NCBI RefSeq assembly: GCF_001194135.2 | Contig: NC_068981.1 | Span: 138,506,306 to 138,546,625 of the forward strand | Direction of reading: 5' to 3' | Length of the DNA stretch: 40,320 nucleotides | DNA from: Octopus bimaculoides | Lineage: Eukaryota | Part shown: piece after piece, positions 19,826 to 33,869 of the stretch | Layout: each line of letters begins with the position of its first letter | Position numbering within the stretch: the stretch's first letter is position 1 | Made by a program: the position numbers and the translations under genes | Notes under the pieces: generated by a model | What the model was told of the DNA's origin: nothing | Database searches by the model: none | What the model saw: the letters and a program-made list of their open reading frames with translations, nothing else

Positions 19826-20861
19826 CATAATTTACTCGCAATGTCTTGATTTTGAGTTACTTTCTAAACCATTCTATTGCATTATGAAAATCTAATGCTA
19901 CTTAATTGAAATTAAACTGGCAATCTTGATGAAAACTTCACATTGTATTAAAAAAAAAAAAATCAGTAACCATCACTTGCAAGCGAGCACGTACGAGGTT
20001 TTGGATAATTGTCGTAAGTGCCTATGTACTCTCAAGCAGACATCGACCTCTCAACCCTTCCAGCCCTTGACTGCTGAACATCGAGGATGTGACTTCTATA
20101 GCTTTAGCACTAAAGTGATAAAAGACACATTNNNNNNNNNNNNNNNNNNNNNNNNNNNNNNNNNNNNNNNNNNNNNNNNNNNNNNNNNNNNNNNNNNNNN
20201 NNNNNNNNNNNNNNNNNNNNNNNNNNNNNNNNNNNNNNNNNNNNNNNNNNNNNNNNNNNNNNNNNNNNNNNNNNNNNNNNNNNNNNNNNNNNNNNNNNNN
20301 NNNNNNNNNNNNNNNNNNNNNNNNNNNNNNNNNNNNNNNNNNNNNNNNNNNNNNNNNNNNNNNNNNNNNNNNNNNNNNNNNNNNNGTGTGTGCGTATGCA
20401 TGTGTATGTATATATACATATGTATATCGTATCTTCTTTCCATGTGGTATTTAGTTTCTTTGTCTTCAAATTATTAATTTTAATCACTAGCTGCGGGTAA
20501 TAATTGTCACCGTTATTTGTTTCCCTCTAAAATATATTATTAACTGATATTCTTTCGAACTTCTTCATAATCTTTGGTGTCCATACCACTTATAGAGACT
20601 ACGAAAATGTAAATTTTTGCTGGGGTTGGTTTTATCGTTTACTGCTGCAATTTGAATGGTTTGAAAGTGTGTTGCTAGTTGGGAAATACATACATTCATG
20701 TTAGTTCTCGTTCTGTTATATATTTCCCGGCCGTTTCTTGTTGCTGGCGCCACCAGGAGGGATTCAATATTATGGTAAGGCGCGAAATTGCGTTTGAGTC
20801 TCTGGTCGATAACTGATGATGAGTTGGTGATCTTCTGTGTCTGTTTTCCGCTTGCTTGCGC

Positions 20862-20901
<40 letters not shown>

Positions 20902-21607
20902 ACATACATATATACATGCATGCCTACATACATATACTGACGCGTATTCTCCAAATCCAATTTAATAGTGACACAGTGAAGATTTGTAAGACATTCCAAA
21001 ATTGTCCATCTAAGATTCTTATATGAATAGATGCACACACTTGGGTGTATGCATCAATAGTTCAACCAATACACCAGCAGAATCACATATTTACTAACAT
21101 CGAGAACTCTCCTAACTCAAAAAAGTATTGTCACTGTGTTAGCGACCGGCTTGAACTGTCTTAAGTAGAAATTAAATTAAACTGAAAGAAAAATCATACA
21201 TATATGCATACAAACATAAATACATATATAAACAATGCATACACAGTAGGCATAAGAGGTTATTGTAGTCTTGAATAATATAGCAGGCATAAATAACGGT
21301 TAACAAAGAAAAACCTTTGTAACTGAAGAACAAACTGAAAAATGAATTCACGCACGTTTAAGTATCTTTGGGTTAGAGAATAAACTTTTATATGTTATAT
21401 TCTTTTATTTATTTGTTTATTTATTTTTTTTATTTATTTATTAATTTATTAATTTATTTATTTATGCATTACACACACATATATGATATGCTTAGTTTTA
21501 TCCAAAATTGAAATTAAAAGCAGTTGAACATTAAATCGAAAGATCACCCTTGCAATTTTTTAATGTAGCACACATATTTTCATACACGGAAAAGATTGAC
21601 AGTAACT

Positions 21608-22025
21608 TCGAAGTTTCGGCAGAATCGTTAGAGCATCAAAAAAATTGCTTTGCACTATTTGTTTAGGCTCTTTACATTAGAAGTTCAAAAACTGCTAAGG
21701 TCAACATTATTTTTCATGCTTTCAGGGTTGATATAATAAAGTGTTATTCAAGTATTGCGGTCGGTGGTGTAGACTAACCCTACTACACTTAAATTTATAA
21801 CTTTGTGCATAAACCAGATACCATTACAATTAAGGCGATAACATGTCAGAATCCTAAACACATCGGACAAAATCCTAAGAGGTCTTTTTTCCGGCTTTAC
21901 ATTCTGAGTTAAAATTTTGTCGAGATTGACTTTGGCTTTCATCTTTCGGAGTCGATGAAATAAGTACCATTTGAGCACTGGGGTCTAGGTGGTCGATAGC
22001 CCCTCTGCCTTAGAATTTCAGGCTT
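21608..22025 (+). mobile_element. Two diverged family A SINE copies (~21608-21745 and ~21850-22025)
   Basis: ggcagaatcgttagagc...agttcaaaa..gctaaggtcaac...tttcatgctttcagggttgat and ttctgagttaaaatt...gactttggctttcatctttcggagtcgatgaaataagtacc...ggggtc. Confidence 0.65.
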
Positions 22026-22522
22026 TCTGCATATAGTAAATAGATTATCAATAAGTACTAAGTGTATCAATATTGCCTCAGCAAAAGTTCGATTCCTTGG
22101 TTCAGTTGAGTCTCATGCTTGGTCATAACATCAGTTAATTCCTTTCAAAACTTACTTTTAACTGTAGCATTATTAATGCTATTCATCATAACTGTGGCCA
22201 CTAGCAAAATAGAATGTGAAGAGCCGGAATAAATACTGAATATATATATATATATATANNNNNNNNNNNNNNNNNNNNNNNNNNNNNNNNNNNNNNNNNN
22301 NNNNNNNNNNNNNNNNNNNNNNNNNNNNNNNNNNNNNNNNNNNNNNNNNNNNNNNNNNNNNNNNNNNNNNNNNNNNNNNNNNNNNNNNNNNNNNNNNNNN
22401 NNNNNNNNNNNNNNNNNNNNNNNNNNTCACACTGACTCAACATGGATTGGCAGAGTGGTGCAGTTTTTATACTCTTACACAGGAGTTGTTAAGTTGATTA
22501 CATCAACCCCAGTGCTCAACTG

Positions 22523-22524
<2 letters not shown>

Positions 22525-22579
<55 letters not shown>

Positions 22580-22592
22580 CACACACACACAG
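22525..22592. repeat. (CA)n microsatellite
   Basis: Direct reading. Confidence 0.96.
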
Positions 22593-23569
22593 ACATATGT
22601 ATGTATGTATTCATGTATGCATATGTGGGTCTGTGCATGTATGAGTAACCCATAATTTACAAATCTATTATAATTGAAAAACGACCAAACATGGACAACT
22701 TTCTATGTTAGTTAACCGATGATATCTTATATGAATATTAACTAAAGTGTCTTTATTGTGCAACCTCGTAGTAAAGTATACATTTAAGAAAGTATTAAAG
22801 TATATATTTCTAAGAAAATACACACATTTGAGCTGAAGTTAAACATTTATGAGTATGCTAACGTACTTGAATATACATATAGAAGAAGAATAATTTACAT
22901 GAATGCATGTTACTTTACGCTTCTAAACTTCAAATATGCAAATAATTATAGATATAAATTTATGTATATAAGAACATTCATATGCAGACACACGTAGTAT
23001 TACTATACCTATGCATATATGTGCGCAGCTATGTGCATGTATATATATGTATATATATATATATATATAATATATATGATAAAGATATATATACATTNNN
23101 NNNNNNNNNNNNNNNNNNNNNNNNNNNNNNNNNNNNNNNNNNNNNNNNNNNNNNNNNNNNNNNNNNNNNNNNNNNNNNNNNNNNNNNNNNNNNNNNNNNN
23201 NNNNNNNNNNNNNNNNNNNNNNNNNNNNNNNNNNNNNNNNNNNNNNNNNNNNNNNNNNNNNNNNNNNNNNNNNNNNNNNNNNNNNNNNNNNNNNNNNNNN
23301 NNNNNNNNNNNNNNNNNNNNNNNNNNNNNNNNNNNNNNNNNNNNNNNNNNTATATATATATGTATATATATGTATATATATATATATATATAATATATAT
23401 GATAAAGATATATATACATTTGTTTGTATGTAAATGCAGACTGCAGGAACATCTGTTGCTCTAAATGAGTTTATTTGTAAAATATATGATAATGTTTTTG
23501 TAATGTTTAAATATGAATAACCATGCAGTCTACTGGATGTAATATGAAACATGCTGGAAAAACATAAAC

Positions 23570-23588
23570 AGCCCGTTGCATATACGTG

Positions 23589-23635
<47 letters not shown>

Positions 23636-23893
23636 TTGTGTGTGTGTTTGTGTATGTGTACTATGTATGTATGTGTGTATGTATTTCCATTTATGTTTGC
23701 CCCCCACAACCGCTTGACACTCAGTGTTGGTTTGTTTACGACCTCGTGACGTAACGGTTCGACAAAGGTGACCCATAAAATAAGTGTCATACTTTAAAAA
23801 TAAGTACTAGGATCGATTTTCTCGACTAAAGCCCTCCAAGGCAGTGTCTCACCCTGGGCTGCAATCCATTGACTGAAACGAGTGAAAGATAAA
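23570..23893 (+). mobile_element. SINE family C, 5'-truncated (microsatellite plus 3' half)
   Basis: agcccgttgcatatac, then (TA)(TG)n, then tttgccccccacaaccgcttgac...gactgaaacgagtgaaagata. Confidence 0.8.
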
Positions 23894-24025
23894 CTATATG
23901 GAAAAAAAAAAATCAAGTGTTTTTCTGTTTTCTACTCATCAACGTATTCATTATTTAATTATTGTATGTGTTGTTAATTTGTTGTTTAACATAAGTGTAA
24001 AAAAGGTTATTTTCGATAATAGACT

Positions 24026-24233
24026 GTGGTTTCAAATTTTGGCACAAGGCTAGCAAGTTTGAAGGAGGGGGTAATTCGATTACATCAACCCTGCTGTTCA
24101 GCTGGTATTTATTTTATCGACCCCGAAAGGATGAAAGTCGACCTCGGTAGTATTTGAACTCAGAACTTAAAGACAGACGAAATGCTACTAAGCATTTTGC
24201 CCGGCGTGCTAACGATTCTGCCTGCTCGCTACC
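24026..24233 (-). mobile_element. SINE family A (tail i)
   Basis: Homologous to the other family A copies. Confidence 0.87.
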
Positions 24234-24250
24234 TGTTTGGATAAGAAATA

Positions 24251-24466
24251 TTCTTTTCTACTCTAGGCACAAAGCCCGAAATTTGGGGGGAGGGGGGGGC
24301 AGTCGATTAGATTGACCCCAGTACGGAACTGGTATTTAATTTATTGACCCCGAAAGATGAATAGCAAAGTCGACCTCGGCGGAATTTGAACTCAGAACAT
24401 AAAGACAGACGAAATACCGCTAAGTGTTTCGCCCGGCGTGCTAACGTTTCTGCCACCTCACCGCCT
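24251..24466 (-). mobile_element. SINE family A (tail i), tandem with the previous copy
   Basis: Well-preserved copy ~17 bp from the previous one, in the same orientation. Confidence 0.9.
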
Positions 24467-25346
24467 TTTGGATAACAAATATTAACTGATATTAATTTAG
24501 ATTGTTTCCGAAGTAAATACTCAGTAAGGATATCTCAAAATTGTGTCAAAATAGATAAGGTAATGTAATGTCTACAATAGCAAATTTTCAAAATAATTAT
24601 CATATTTAATCAAGTTTAACTAATAGATTAGTCATGGGAGAAGGCGTAGCGTTTATGACCGTTGTCGGAGTTTCAAAGACGGTTGGGTGTAAAAGATAGA
24701 AAGTTATCTTTAGATAGGCATGGCTTATGTTCAAAAGAGAGTAGACTCCGCACAAACCACCTGAGAGCCATGTTGTGATGACGTTTACCTAGCATTCTTA
24801 GCATTTGAACTGTTAGAGTTATTTTCGCAATCTATCCAGTACAACCGTGAAACAAGTAAATAGCATTTTCCTAAACAATAGAGCTACTTATTTCGGTCAG
24901 TGACATATTCATGAATATACCAACACTAGCGCCCCTGAAGATATAATATTCTCAGGGAACGCACAAAGGTATTTACTTTGATTTGTTGTTATCTCATATC
25001 TGATTAGCCTGTTATTACGTAACATGCTTCACGTTTTTAGTATAGATACCTTATTAGTATTTCCTCCTATGTTCTATATACTCAGGGAACGCATTAAAGC
25101 CCTTTTCTGGACTACTTTATTTGAATTCTTACTATCGGGTAACTAATTTCATGTCACTACATAACTGATTTCACAATTTGGGTATTCATAACTCATCGGG
25201 AATTCCTAAAAGCAAGATCCTGTGTAAGACAGTTCGGTATTCTCTGTAAATGCACAAAAAGCGTTTTAAGGGCTATATACTTTGTATTGTTGTTATTGGA
25301 TTAGCTAAACAGTTATGAGAACGGAACCAAGAGATAAGCTCCGCTT

Positions 25347-25375
25347 TTCCGGGAATTATCTGGTACGTCAGCTAG
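25347..25375 (+). mobile_element. Helitron-like 3' terminus
   Basis: ccgg-gaatta-tctgg hairpin then tacgtcagCTAG|T; clearly related to 14975-15004. Confidence 0.45.
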
Positions 25376-26035
25376 TATATATATATATATATNNNNNNNN
25401 NNNNNNNNNNNNNNNNNNNNNNNNNNNNNNNNNNNNNNNNNNNNNNNNNNNNNNNNNNNNNNNNNNNNNNNNNNNNNNNNNNNNNNNNNNNNNNNNNNNN
25501 NNNNNNNNNNNNNNNNNNNNNNNNNNNNNNNNNNNNNNNNNNNNNNNNNNNNNNNNNNNNNNNNNNNNNNNNNNNNNNNNNNNNNNNNNNNNNNNNNNNN
25601 NNNNNNNNNNNNNNNNNNNNNNNNNNNNNNNNNNNNNNNNNNNNNNNNNNNNNNNNNNNNNNNNNNNNNNNNNNNNNNNNNNNNNNNNNNNNNNNNNNNN
25701 NNNNNNNNNNNNNNNNNNNNNNNNNNNNNNNNNNNNNNNNNNNNNNNNNNNNNNNNNNNNNNNNNNNNNNNNNNNNNNNNNNNNNNNNNNNNNNNNNNNN
25801 NNNNNNNNNNNNNNNNNNNNNNNNNNNNNNNNNNNNNNNNNNNNNNNNNNNNNNNNNNNNNNNNNNNNNNNNNNNNNNNNNNNNNNNNNNNNNNNNNNNN
25901 NNNNNNNNNNNNNNNNNNNNNNNNNNNNNNNNNNNNNNNNNNNNNNNNNNNNNNNNNNNNNNNNNNNNNNNNNNNNNNNNNNNNNNNNNNNNNNNNNNNN
26001 NNNNNNNNNNNNNNNNNNNNNNNNNNNNNNNNNNN

Positions 26036-26268
26036 TATGTCTTTGTATCTGTGTTTGCCCCCCATCCCATCACCATCACCATCACCATCACTTGATATCC
26101 CATGTTTGTGTGTTTACATCCCCGTAACTTGGCTGTTCGGCAAAAGAGACCGATAGAATAAGTACTAGGCTTACAAAGAATAAGTCCTGGGGCCGATTTC
26201 TTCGACTAAAAAGCCTTTTAAGGCGGTGCTCCAGCATAACCGCAGTCTAATGACTGAAACAAGTTAAA
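26036..26268 (+). mobile_element. SINE family C 3' half (5' half in gap)
   Basis: gtttgccccccat...gaccgatagaataagtactaggcttacaaagaataagtcctgggg...gactgaaacaagttaaag; carries a (CATCAC)n expansion. Confidence 0.85.
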
Positions 26269-26269
26269 G

Positions 26270-26682
26270 TGTGTGATATGCTGTGCTTGTGAAGACCTGT
26301 CGAACCGAGTGAAATCGTAGTCGTGGCCGATGCCAGTGCCACCTGACTGGTTCCCATGCCGGTGACACGTAAAAAGCACCGTCCGAGTTTTGGGATTTCA
26401 TGAAAGCAGTGACAGGTGACCAAGACCTTTGACGATATACCGTGCTTGTGTAGACCTGTCAAGCCAAGAGAGACTGTAGTCGTGGCCTATACCGGTGTCA
26501 TGTCATTGACACCAGTGCTGGTGACACGTAAAAAACACCCACTACACTTGGTTGGCGCTAAGAAGCGCATCCAGCAGTAGAAATCGAATCGGAACCTGGT
26601 GCAGTCCCTCCCCCGGCTTACCATTTTTCAGTCAAACTGTCCAATCCATGCCAGCATGGAAAGCGGACATTAAATGATGATG
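26270..26682 (+). mobile_element. RTE-like LINE/SINE 3' fragment with internal tandem duplication
   Basis: Ends ...tggttggcgctaagaagcgcatccagcagtagaaa...tgtccaatccatgccagcatggaaagcggacattaaatgatgatgac (short-repeat tail). A ~120-bp block is repeated at ~26274-26390 and ~26440-26540. Confidence 0.6.
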
Positions 26683-26688
26683 ACTATG

Positions 26689-26950
<262 letters not shown>

Positions 26951-27494
26951 GATACTAGACACATCCACATCCACAGACACAGTGACTTTCATACATAATG
27001 TATGTACGGTTGTGTGTTAACAGAAAATACGAGAGAGAGGAAGTAAATGAGGAAGTATATTAAATATCAATAATCGGTATCTGTACAAATACTGTTGTTT
27101 GATGGTTGCTAGCTCGCGGTAAAAATGATACGCTCCGTTATATGAAATTAATCAATGTTACATCTGGAGTTAATTGATTGTTAAGCAGTACAATTGTTAT
27201 TCATAACATATTTATTCCAAATATATGTTATCGATAATAATAGTACGGTTCAATAATTAACTAATTACTGATATAACAAATTGATTAATTTCGTATAATG
27301 TCACATGGTATTTTAGCGTGAACAAGCAGCCAAGAAGTAAAATTAATAAAGATAATGATGATTGATATGTGAATATGGTCTCACATTTTATTTATTTCTC
27401 TCATTCTCTCTTAACATTTACATATTTATAGTTGCTCACATACACACACATATTATATACATTATTTTCATATATATATATATATATATATATA

Positions 27495-27725
27495 TCTTAT
27501 TTCTTTATTGCCCACAAGGGGCTAAACATAGAGGAGACAAACAAGGACAGACAAAGGAATTAAGTTGATTACATCGACCCCAGTGCGTAACTGGTACTTA
27601 ATTTATCGACCCCGAAAGGGTGAAAAGCAAAGTCGACCTCGGCGGAATTTGAACTCAGAACGTAACGGCAGATGAAATGCCGCTAAGCATTTCGCCCGGC
27701 GTGCTAACGTTTCTGTCCGCTCGCC
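27495..27725 (-). mobile_element. SINE family A with alternative tail ii
   Basis: Standard head and centre, but the tail (minus strand) reads ...cctttgtctgtccttgtttgtctcctctatgtttagccccttgtgggcaataaagaaataag. Confidence 0.9.
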
Positions 27726-27744
27726 TATAGATATATAAGTATCT

Positions 27745-27793
<49 letters not shown>

Positions 27794-28067
27794 GTAAAAG
27801 GCGGGATATGAATATTCAGGCAGTTAACTAGTTACTCCCTGTAAAGTGCCAAGTCCGGTTTCTTCTGACGGTCCGTTTTAAGGTATATTTCCTAAAAACT
27901 ACTATCCCATGTTACAGTTTATTTCCTGGATACTTAAAGTGTAAAATCCCCATAGTAATAATGAGGAAGACGAAGAATTTGAACATTCAGAACATTCATA
28001 AACACATGTCGGACAATTATTATGAATAAACCAAGTGGAAAGTCTGAATGTTCAAATTCTTCGTTTT

Positions 28068-28069
28068 CC

Positions 28070-28157
<88 letters not shown>
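28068..28157. repeat. (ATT)n microsatellite abutting a gap
   Basis: Direct reading. Confidence 0.97.
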
Positions 28158-28352
28158 NNNNNNNNNNNNNNNNNNNNNNNNNNNNNNNNNNNNNNNNNNN
28201 NNNNNNNNNNNNNNNNNNNNNNNNNNNNNNNNNNNNNNNNNNNNNNNNNNNNNNNNNNNNNNNNNNNNNNNNNNNNNNNNNNNNNNNNNNNNNNNNNNNN
28301 NNNNNNNNNNNNNNNNNNNNNNNNNNNNNTCTATACTATGTATCCATCTATC

Positions 28353-28384
<32 letters not shown>

Positions 28385-28724
28385 TATATAAACGATAGTC
28401 TTCCATTCAGTCACTGCTTACATCAAACGAATTCACTCACAAGCCATTGGTCAGGACTAGATTATTGTAGAAGACACTTGCGCCTAGTATGCATTATCAT
28501 CAGGGCCTGGCGTTAAGAAGAAAGTCATCTTCAAACCGGACACGTGACCTGAATTCTTGCAACAGTTAGCGGCCCCTACGAACCAGGTTGTGTACAGAAC
28601 TAAAATATAGATTTTAAGTCTTTCACGCCAGAACTCAGATTGAAAAGAGCCACAACTAATACAAGAATGATCGCCATTGATAGTTTAACAGTTCCATCGA
28701 TCCACCATCCTTGATTAATACTTT

Positions 28725-29112
28725 ATTTCAAAGACCCGGAAAAGACGACCTCTGGGGGATTTCAGCTCAGACCGCAGAGTACCGAAACAAACACCGTAAA
28801 GCAGAATTTCTTCCACGCTTTAATAATTCGACCAATTGGCCAACATATAACCTTAAATATTTCCATAAAAAGTTACATTTTTGTTTTATTAATTTAGTAA
28901 CCCATTATAATAGATTCAAATTTTGGCGCAAGGCCATTAAATTTAGGGAAAGTGAGTTGATTACATTGACCCTAGTGCTCAACTAGTATTTATTTTATCG
29001 ACCCCGAAAGGAATAAAGGCAAGATCGACCTTGGCGGTCTTTAAACTTAGAGCATAAAGAGTTAAAAGTAATGCCGTTAAACATGCTAACAATTCTGCTA
29101 GCTCACCGCCTT
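28725..29112 (-). mobile_element. Two diverged family A SINE copies (~28725-28850 and ~28912-29112)
   Basis: ttattttatcgaccccgaaaggaataaaggcaagatcgacc...tgctaacaattctgctagctcaccgcc. Confidence 0.7.
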
Positions 29113-29454
29113 CTGGCGATCTATTATAATGATATTCGACTGCAATAATATGCACATAGAAGGTCAGAATTAAACTGAACCGCTCACAGGTAAAATTACT
29201 ATCGAGATCGACATATTGAGATAAAATCATCAGCAATTAATTTTAATGAGATACAATAGAGGGAGTGGTTGTAAACAAAATAAATGATATGAGATTACGT
29301 AGCATCTTATAACATTGTCAAGACTATTGGAGCCATTAATGAACTTAACTGGATTCAAGCGGTAATGAAAACCAGTTTGTAAACCTTGCATTATTGTGCT
29401 TATTTCACATTGAGTTGCGTTTTACAGTCACCTTTCATGAATTTCGACTTTGTA

Positions 29455-29675
29455 ATATTGGCTTCCAATTTTATTTCACAAGGCCAGCAACTTCAGAAGA
29501 GGAGGTAAGTCGATTACATCGACTCCAGTACTCAATTGCTACATATTTTATCGATCTTGAAAGGGGTAAAAAGCAAAGTTAATTTCGATAGGATTTGAAC
29601 TCAGAACCTGCACACGTACAAAATGCCGTTAATCATTTTGCCCAGCAATGCAAACGATTCTGCCAGCTCAACGAC
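29455..29675 (-). mobile_element. SINE family A, diverged
   Basis: gtcgattacatcgactccagtactcaattg...ggatttgaactcagaac...aacgattctgccagctca. Confidence 0.78.
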
Positions 29676-30854
29676 TTTCCAATGTAAAATTTAAGAACAT
29701 GCATAGTAATATGTGTTGTGCTTTATAAAGCTATTTGTAGGTTTCATAAGATATATTTTTTTTTATAATTTCCATTTATTACTTTCTAGTCTTTAAGGCT
29801 CGAATATGAAATGACTGGTTCATATGTCAAATTATTTCAACGTTTTTTTTATTGAATCATCATAAAATGGCTAGCTGTGGAATGAGTTTTTAGTTTATGG
29901 TTGATATTATGATGCCAATGACGTGATAACAAGCTTGTAATGTCGCAGAATGTGTCAATGTTTATCGTTATGATATTTGGTGTTACGCGTAAGTTTCTTT
30001 CTTTTTCTTCCAAATCCAGCGGTGCATACTTGAATATTTGCATTCATACGTGTTTTGCTTCCTCTCTTTCACTCACACATTCTCATATAAATATATATTT
30101 GTGTGAGTGTCTACACGCACACAGACACACACACACATATATATATATATATGTGTGTGTATATATTGTGATTATTACATAATTACTACAATGCGCAGAG
30201 TTAAGCATAATAATAGCTATAGAGGAAGAACTGGGGATATTTAGCAGCTGTTCACTCCAAGTTTTTAGCTTTGCTGCTTATCAAATCATTTGACTAATAA
30301 AACTGCGAAACGCGAGTAAACAAAAATTGAAACTGCAATTCGACTACTGTTATTGCACATACACATACAATAATAGGACACGTTTTAATTGTTATGCCTG
30401 TTACACTTTGCTCATACATTCTGCCTGTACAGGCATCGAAAAAAATCAAATGAAGATGACGGACAGCAACAACGAAATTTAGTATAGTGGAGAATAGTTT
30501 GAAATTTCAATATTATTTTTATGTAGACATCAAAAGGAAACGATTCGCAACGATTTACAACGGGCAGTTTTTTTTACGGAGACCCAAAACTATGTTAGAA
30601 TTTCTTGTATCTAAATTAGAAAAATAAATTATAAAATTTAAATCAACTATTATGTGCATTTGAAACAACACTATATTAAATTATTTGTATAAATTATAGC
30701 TATAATGCCGATGGATCGTCATATGGCGTTTCGACCTGATTTGGGCTCTTCAGGTTATACATTATGTTATACACACCTGCGTTTTAAAAGTTAGATAGCT
30801 TTAAATCTGTAATTGTAACTGACACTCCGTCAATTACGACGACAAATGTTCTAG

Positions 30855-31126
30855 TTGGTCCGATCAACGGAACATGCACGTGGGATCAACGTGCAAGTGG
30901 TTTTGTACTTCCCACACATGCATACCCTTAGCGTTGTTCTCTGGGAGATTCAGCATGACACAGAATGTGACAAGTCTAGCCCTTTGAAATACAGGTTTTA
31001 CTCATTTTTGCTAGTTGAGTGGACTGGAGCAACGTGAAATAAAGTGTCTTGCCCAAGGACACAAAGCGCCGCCGGGTATCAAACTCACGATCATGGGCTG
31101 AATACCCTAACGACTAAGCCACATCC
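30855..31126 (-). mobile_element. SINE family B' (minus strand)
   Basis: Reverse complement of the 8926-9200 type: ...gactggagcaacgtgaaataaagtgtcttgcccaaggacac...aaactcacgatc...ccctaacgactaagcc. Confidence 0.82.
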
Positions 31127-33869
31127 AGTAATTCTTTAATTAAAATCATTTTATTCCATAAATGTGTCAGTATTGCGACAGTGAATAAATGATAATAGTC
31201 GCAAAGACAGTCGTCACTCGCGAGCTAATATAACTTGGTAACATGTACCGAGCTTCCGCTAATTATTTTAGATGACAATGAAGTCGTGATAAGAGAGTGT
31301 GAGATCCCTTCACTTTTAACCTAGCGGAACATTCAGGATGGACAGTTGGAATGAAAGAATGAGAAAGAGAGCGTATTTATTCATTACACATGACAGTAAG
31401 ATGAATGGATGTGAAATGAAATGCTTTGCTCAACGACGCAACGTCCAGGAATTGAACCTACCGTCACATGATCATAAGCCGGACACTATCATTAGGACAC
31501 GTGTTTTCTCCAATAACGACAATATCAATAATTACTGTAAATTACTATAGTTTGAAGATGGTACATGTAATTTCTGTTAGACGAACCGTTTCATCGGCAA
31601 TTTTCTCGCCGTACAGTTTCTGGCTTCTAAATTTCACTCATTTGTTCTCCTGAGCAAAGTAATAATACTTCACTTACTTAAAATGTCACGCAATGGGATC
31701 AAATCCGGAAAATATGGTTGCGAAGCTCATTTGCTAAGCACACAACAATAGTAGTGTAGCAGCTCACCAGTAGTGGCAGGTGAGATTGCACACTTAAAAA
31801 GAAGTACAGTGCACACTAAATGCAGCGAGAGAATTGTAAGCCCCAAAATTTCCTTAATTTGCAATGCAGAGTTCAAATATTTTTTATAAGTATGAGCAAT
31901 AAAAATAAATGTTCACAGCTCTGTCATAATTCCTCACAGTGGACAAAAGGCTGCTGTTACAGTTTTATCTCAGTTGTGCCACAGCTTTGTCGAAGCGGAC
32001 ATAATATCTCAGTTTCTCTGAAGTGCACAAAATCTCGTAATGAATAACAATACACAGTAAATAAAAAAAAGAATAGTGGTACGAAAAATAGAGAGAAAAG
32101 TTTATGTTTTTACTACTTAGAAAACTCCAAGAAATCTAGGTGCATTTGTATAATGAGGAAGAACAAGTCAAAAAGTATACAAAAGATACAGGTAGATTTG
32201 TGCGCAGACCAGATTAGATATCTAAAATTTAGTGCCAAACGAAGGGAGACGGAATCCAGGCAGACATGAGTTGGCAATAGGAAATATAGCGGTCGTACTG
32301 ATGAATACATTATTTAATAAAATATAGATAGGTGGTTGTTAATAGCATCAAAATATCTATAGAATAAGTTATACAGATGTAAGTATATATATATAATCAA
32401 GCAGAAAAACAGGTGCATATGTATCAACTTTTCTATGATTGCAATTCGATGTTTGTACGTATGTATATAATGCGTGTATACTTACAACTGCAAGTCTAGT
32501 TTATGGTAGGGTTTGTACTTAACCAATGCGCTATCACTCCATGTAGTTAATGGCTTAGTCGCTTTACACACATTCACTTACTCGCACGCTTACACGCAGA
32601 TACACATTTCTATGCAGTAGCTATCACGCGAGCTGTACTGCTTTATTTGTATCAGCTATGTTCCAATGGAAAGTAATGTTACCGTCAGAATACAGTGATT
32701 CGAGTGCATAAATCGGCAAACCATCGGTTTACAGTCATACGTAATTCTAAATAGGAAATCAAAAACTTGTTGCTTTAATCTGGGAGCTCAATCACCACAA
32801 ACTGTGTCAGTTGAATTTATCGTTGGTCGGAGATTTTTATCAGTGAAAATTAGAGTAACTGGTAAATACGATAAGCTTCGATGTAAGCCATTCTTGATAT
32901 ACTATTAATGTATACTTATCATGATATCATGATTGATATACTATCCACGTTATTTGATAGCAGTAAAAAAAAATCTAACGTGAGTTGTTATTGCAGCTTT
33001 AAACTTAGCACATGGTATTTTATTTAATTACCCTTTTTTTTTTTTACTTTTGACAGATCTCCAGGAAGTTTAACGACGAAGCTGCTCTATAATATATTCA
33101 CTAGCAAAGTTTCTGGTAGTCTGGGCATTAACCTGTTTACGAGCCGCTCGACCATCAAATCACAACCCGTTTCAAGAAAAAAGAAAACTACATTATACAA
33201 CGTGGTCCTGGGTTCTCTGTACATAGGTAAAAAATAAAAAAATAAAATGGATAGCCGCGTCAGGAATGTCTTTGATCAAGTGTCTACACGATCGGTTTTG
33301 AACTGGGGTGAGGTCTGGGTGGACTAAACACCAATAAAACCACTAAAAGGACTAAAAAATTAATACATAGTTTAATATTCGTGAAATATATATTTTATGT
33401 AAATATTAAGCACAAAGCCAAACAGATTTTAGGAAAAGATTTAGTTGATTATGTATGTTTGCGCGCACGCTCGTGTGTTAAGCAGGATAAATCCCAAAGT
33501 GAGCATTGGTATGAATTCAGAACGAAGCTGGACCTTTGACTAGCATTCTGCCGTTTTGCTCCTATTGTACACTTAATATTAGTGCACAAGATTTGTTTAT
33601 ATATCTATTTAAAAGTAAAATCAAGTCACCACTCACGAGCCAGTATGGCTTATATACGATGCTTTCACCAAGTGCTTTAGGTGCCTATTTTGTCATAAAC
33701 TCACTCTCTACCCTTCTACCATAGATCGGGATATGACGACTGCAAGGAGAGAGGACTGCACCAATCGCCAGTTGATAATCATAACAGCTGAGTAGACGCA
33801 AGCAACAAGAACTTGCTCAAGAAAAAAACGTACTACCCTTGAAAGAAAGACCTTATAGTCATTAGCCGA

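Noticed and set aside
23040-23420. Identical sequence on both sides of the gap (…taatatatatgataaagatatatatacatt)
   Set aside because: Most likely an overlap or collapsed tandem repeat from scaffolding.
30290-30325. ctaataa...gaaacgcg, superficially hammerhead-like
   Set aside because: It has two core mismatches and no helix II.
33130-33365. TTAA-started segment resembling a piggyBac MITE
   Set aside because: No matching terminal inverted repeat was found.
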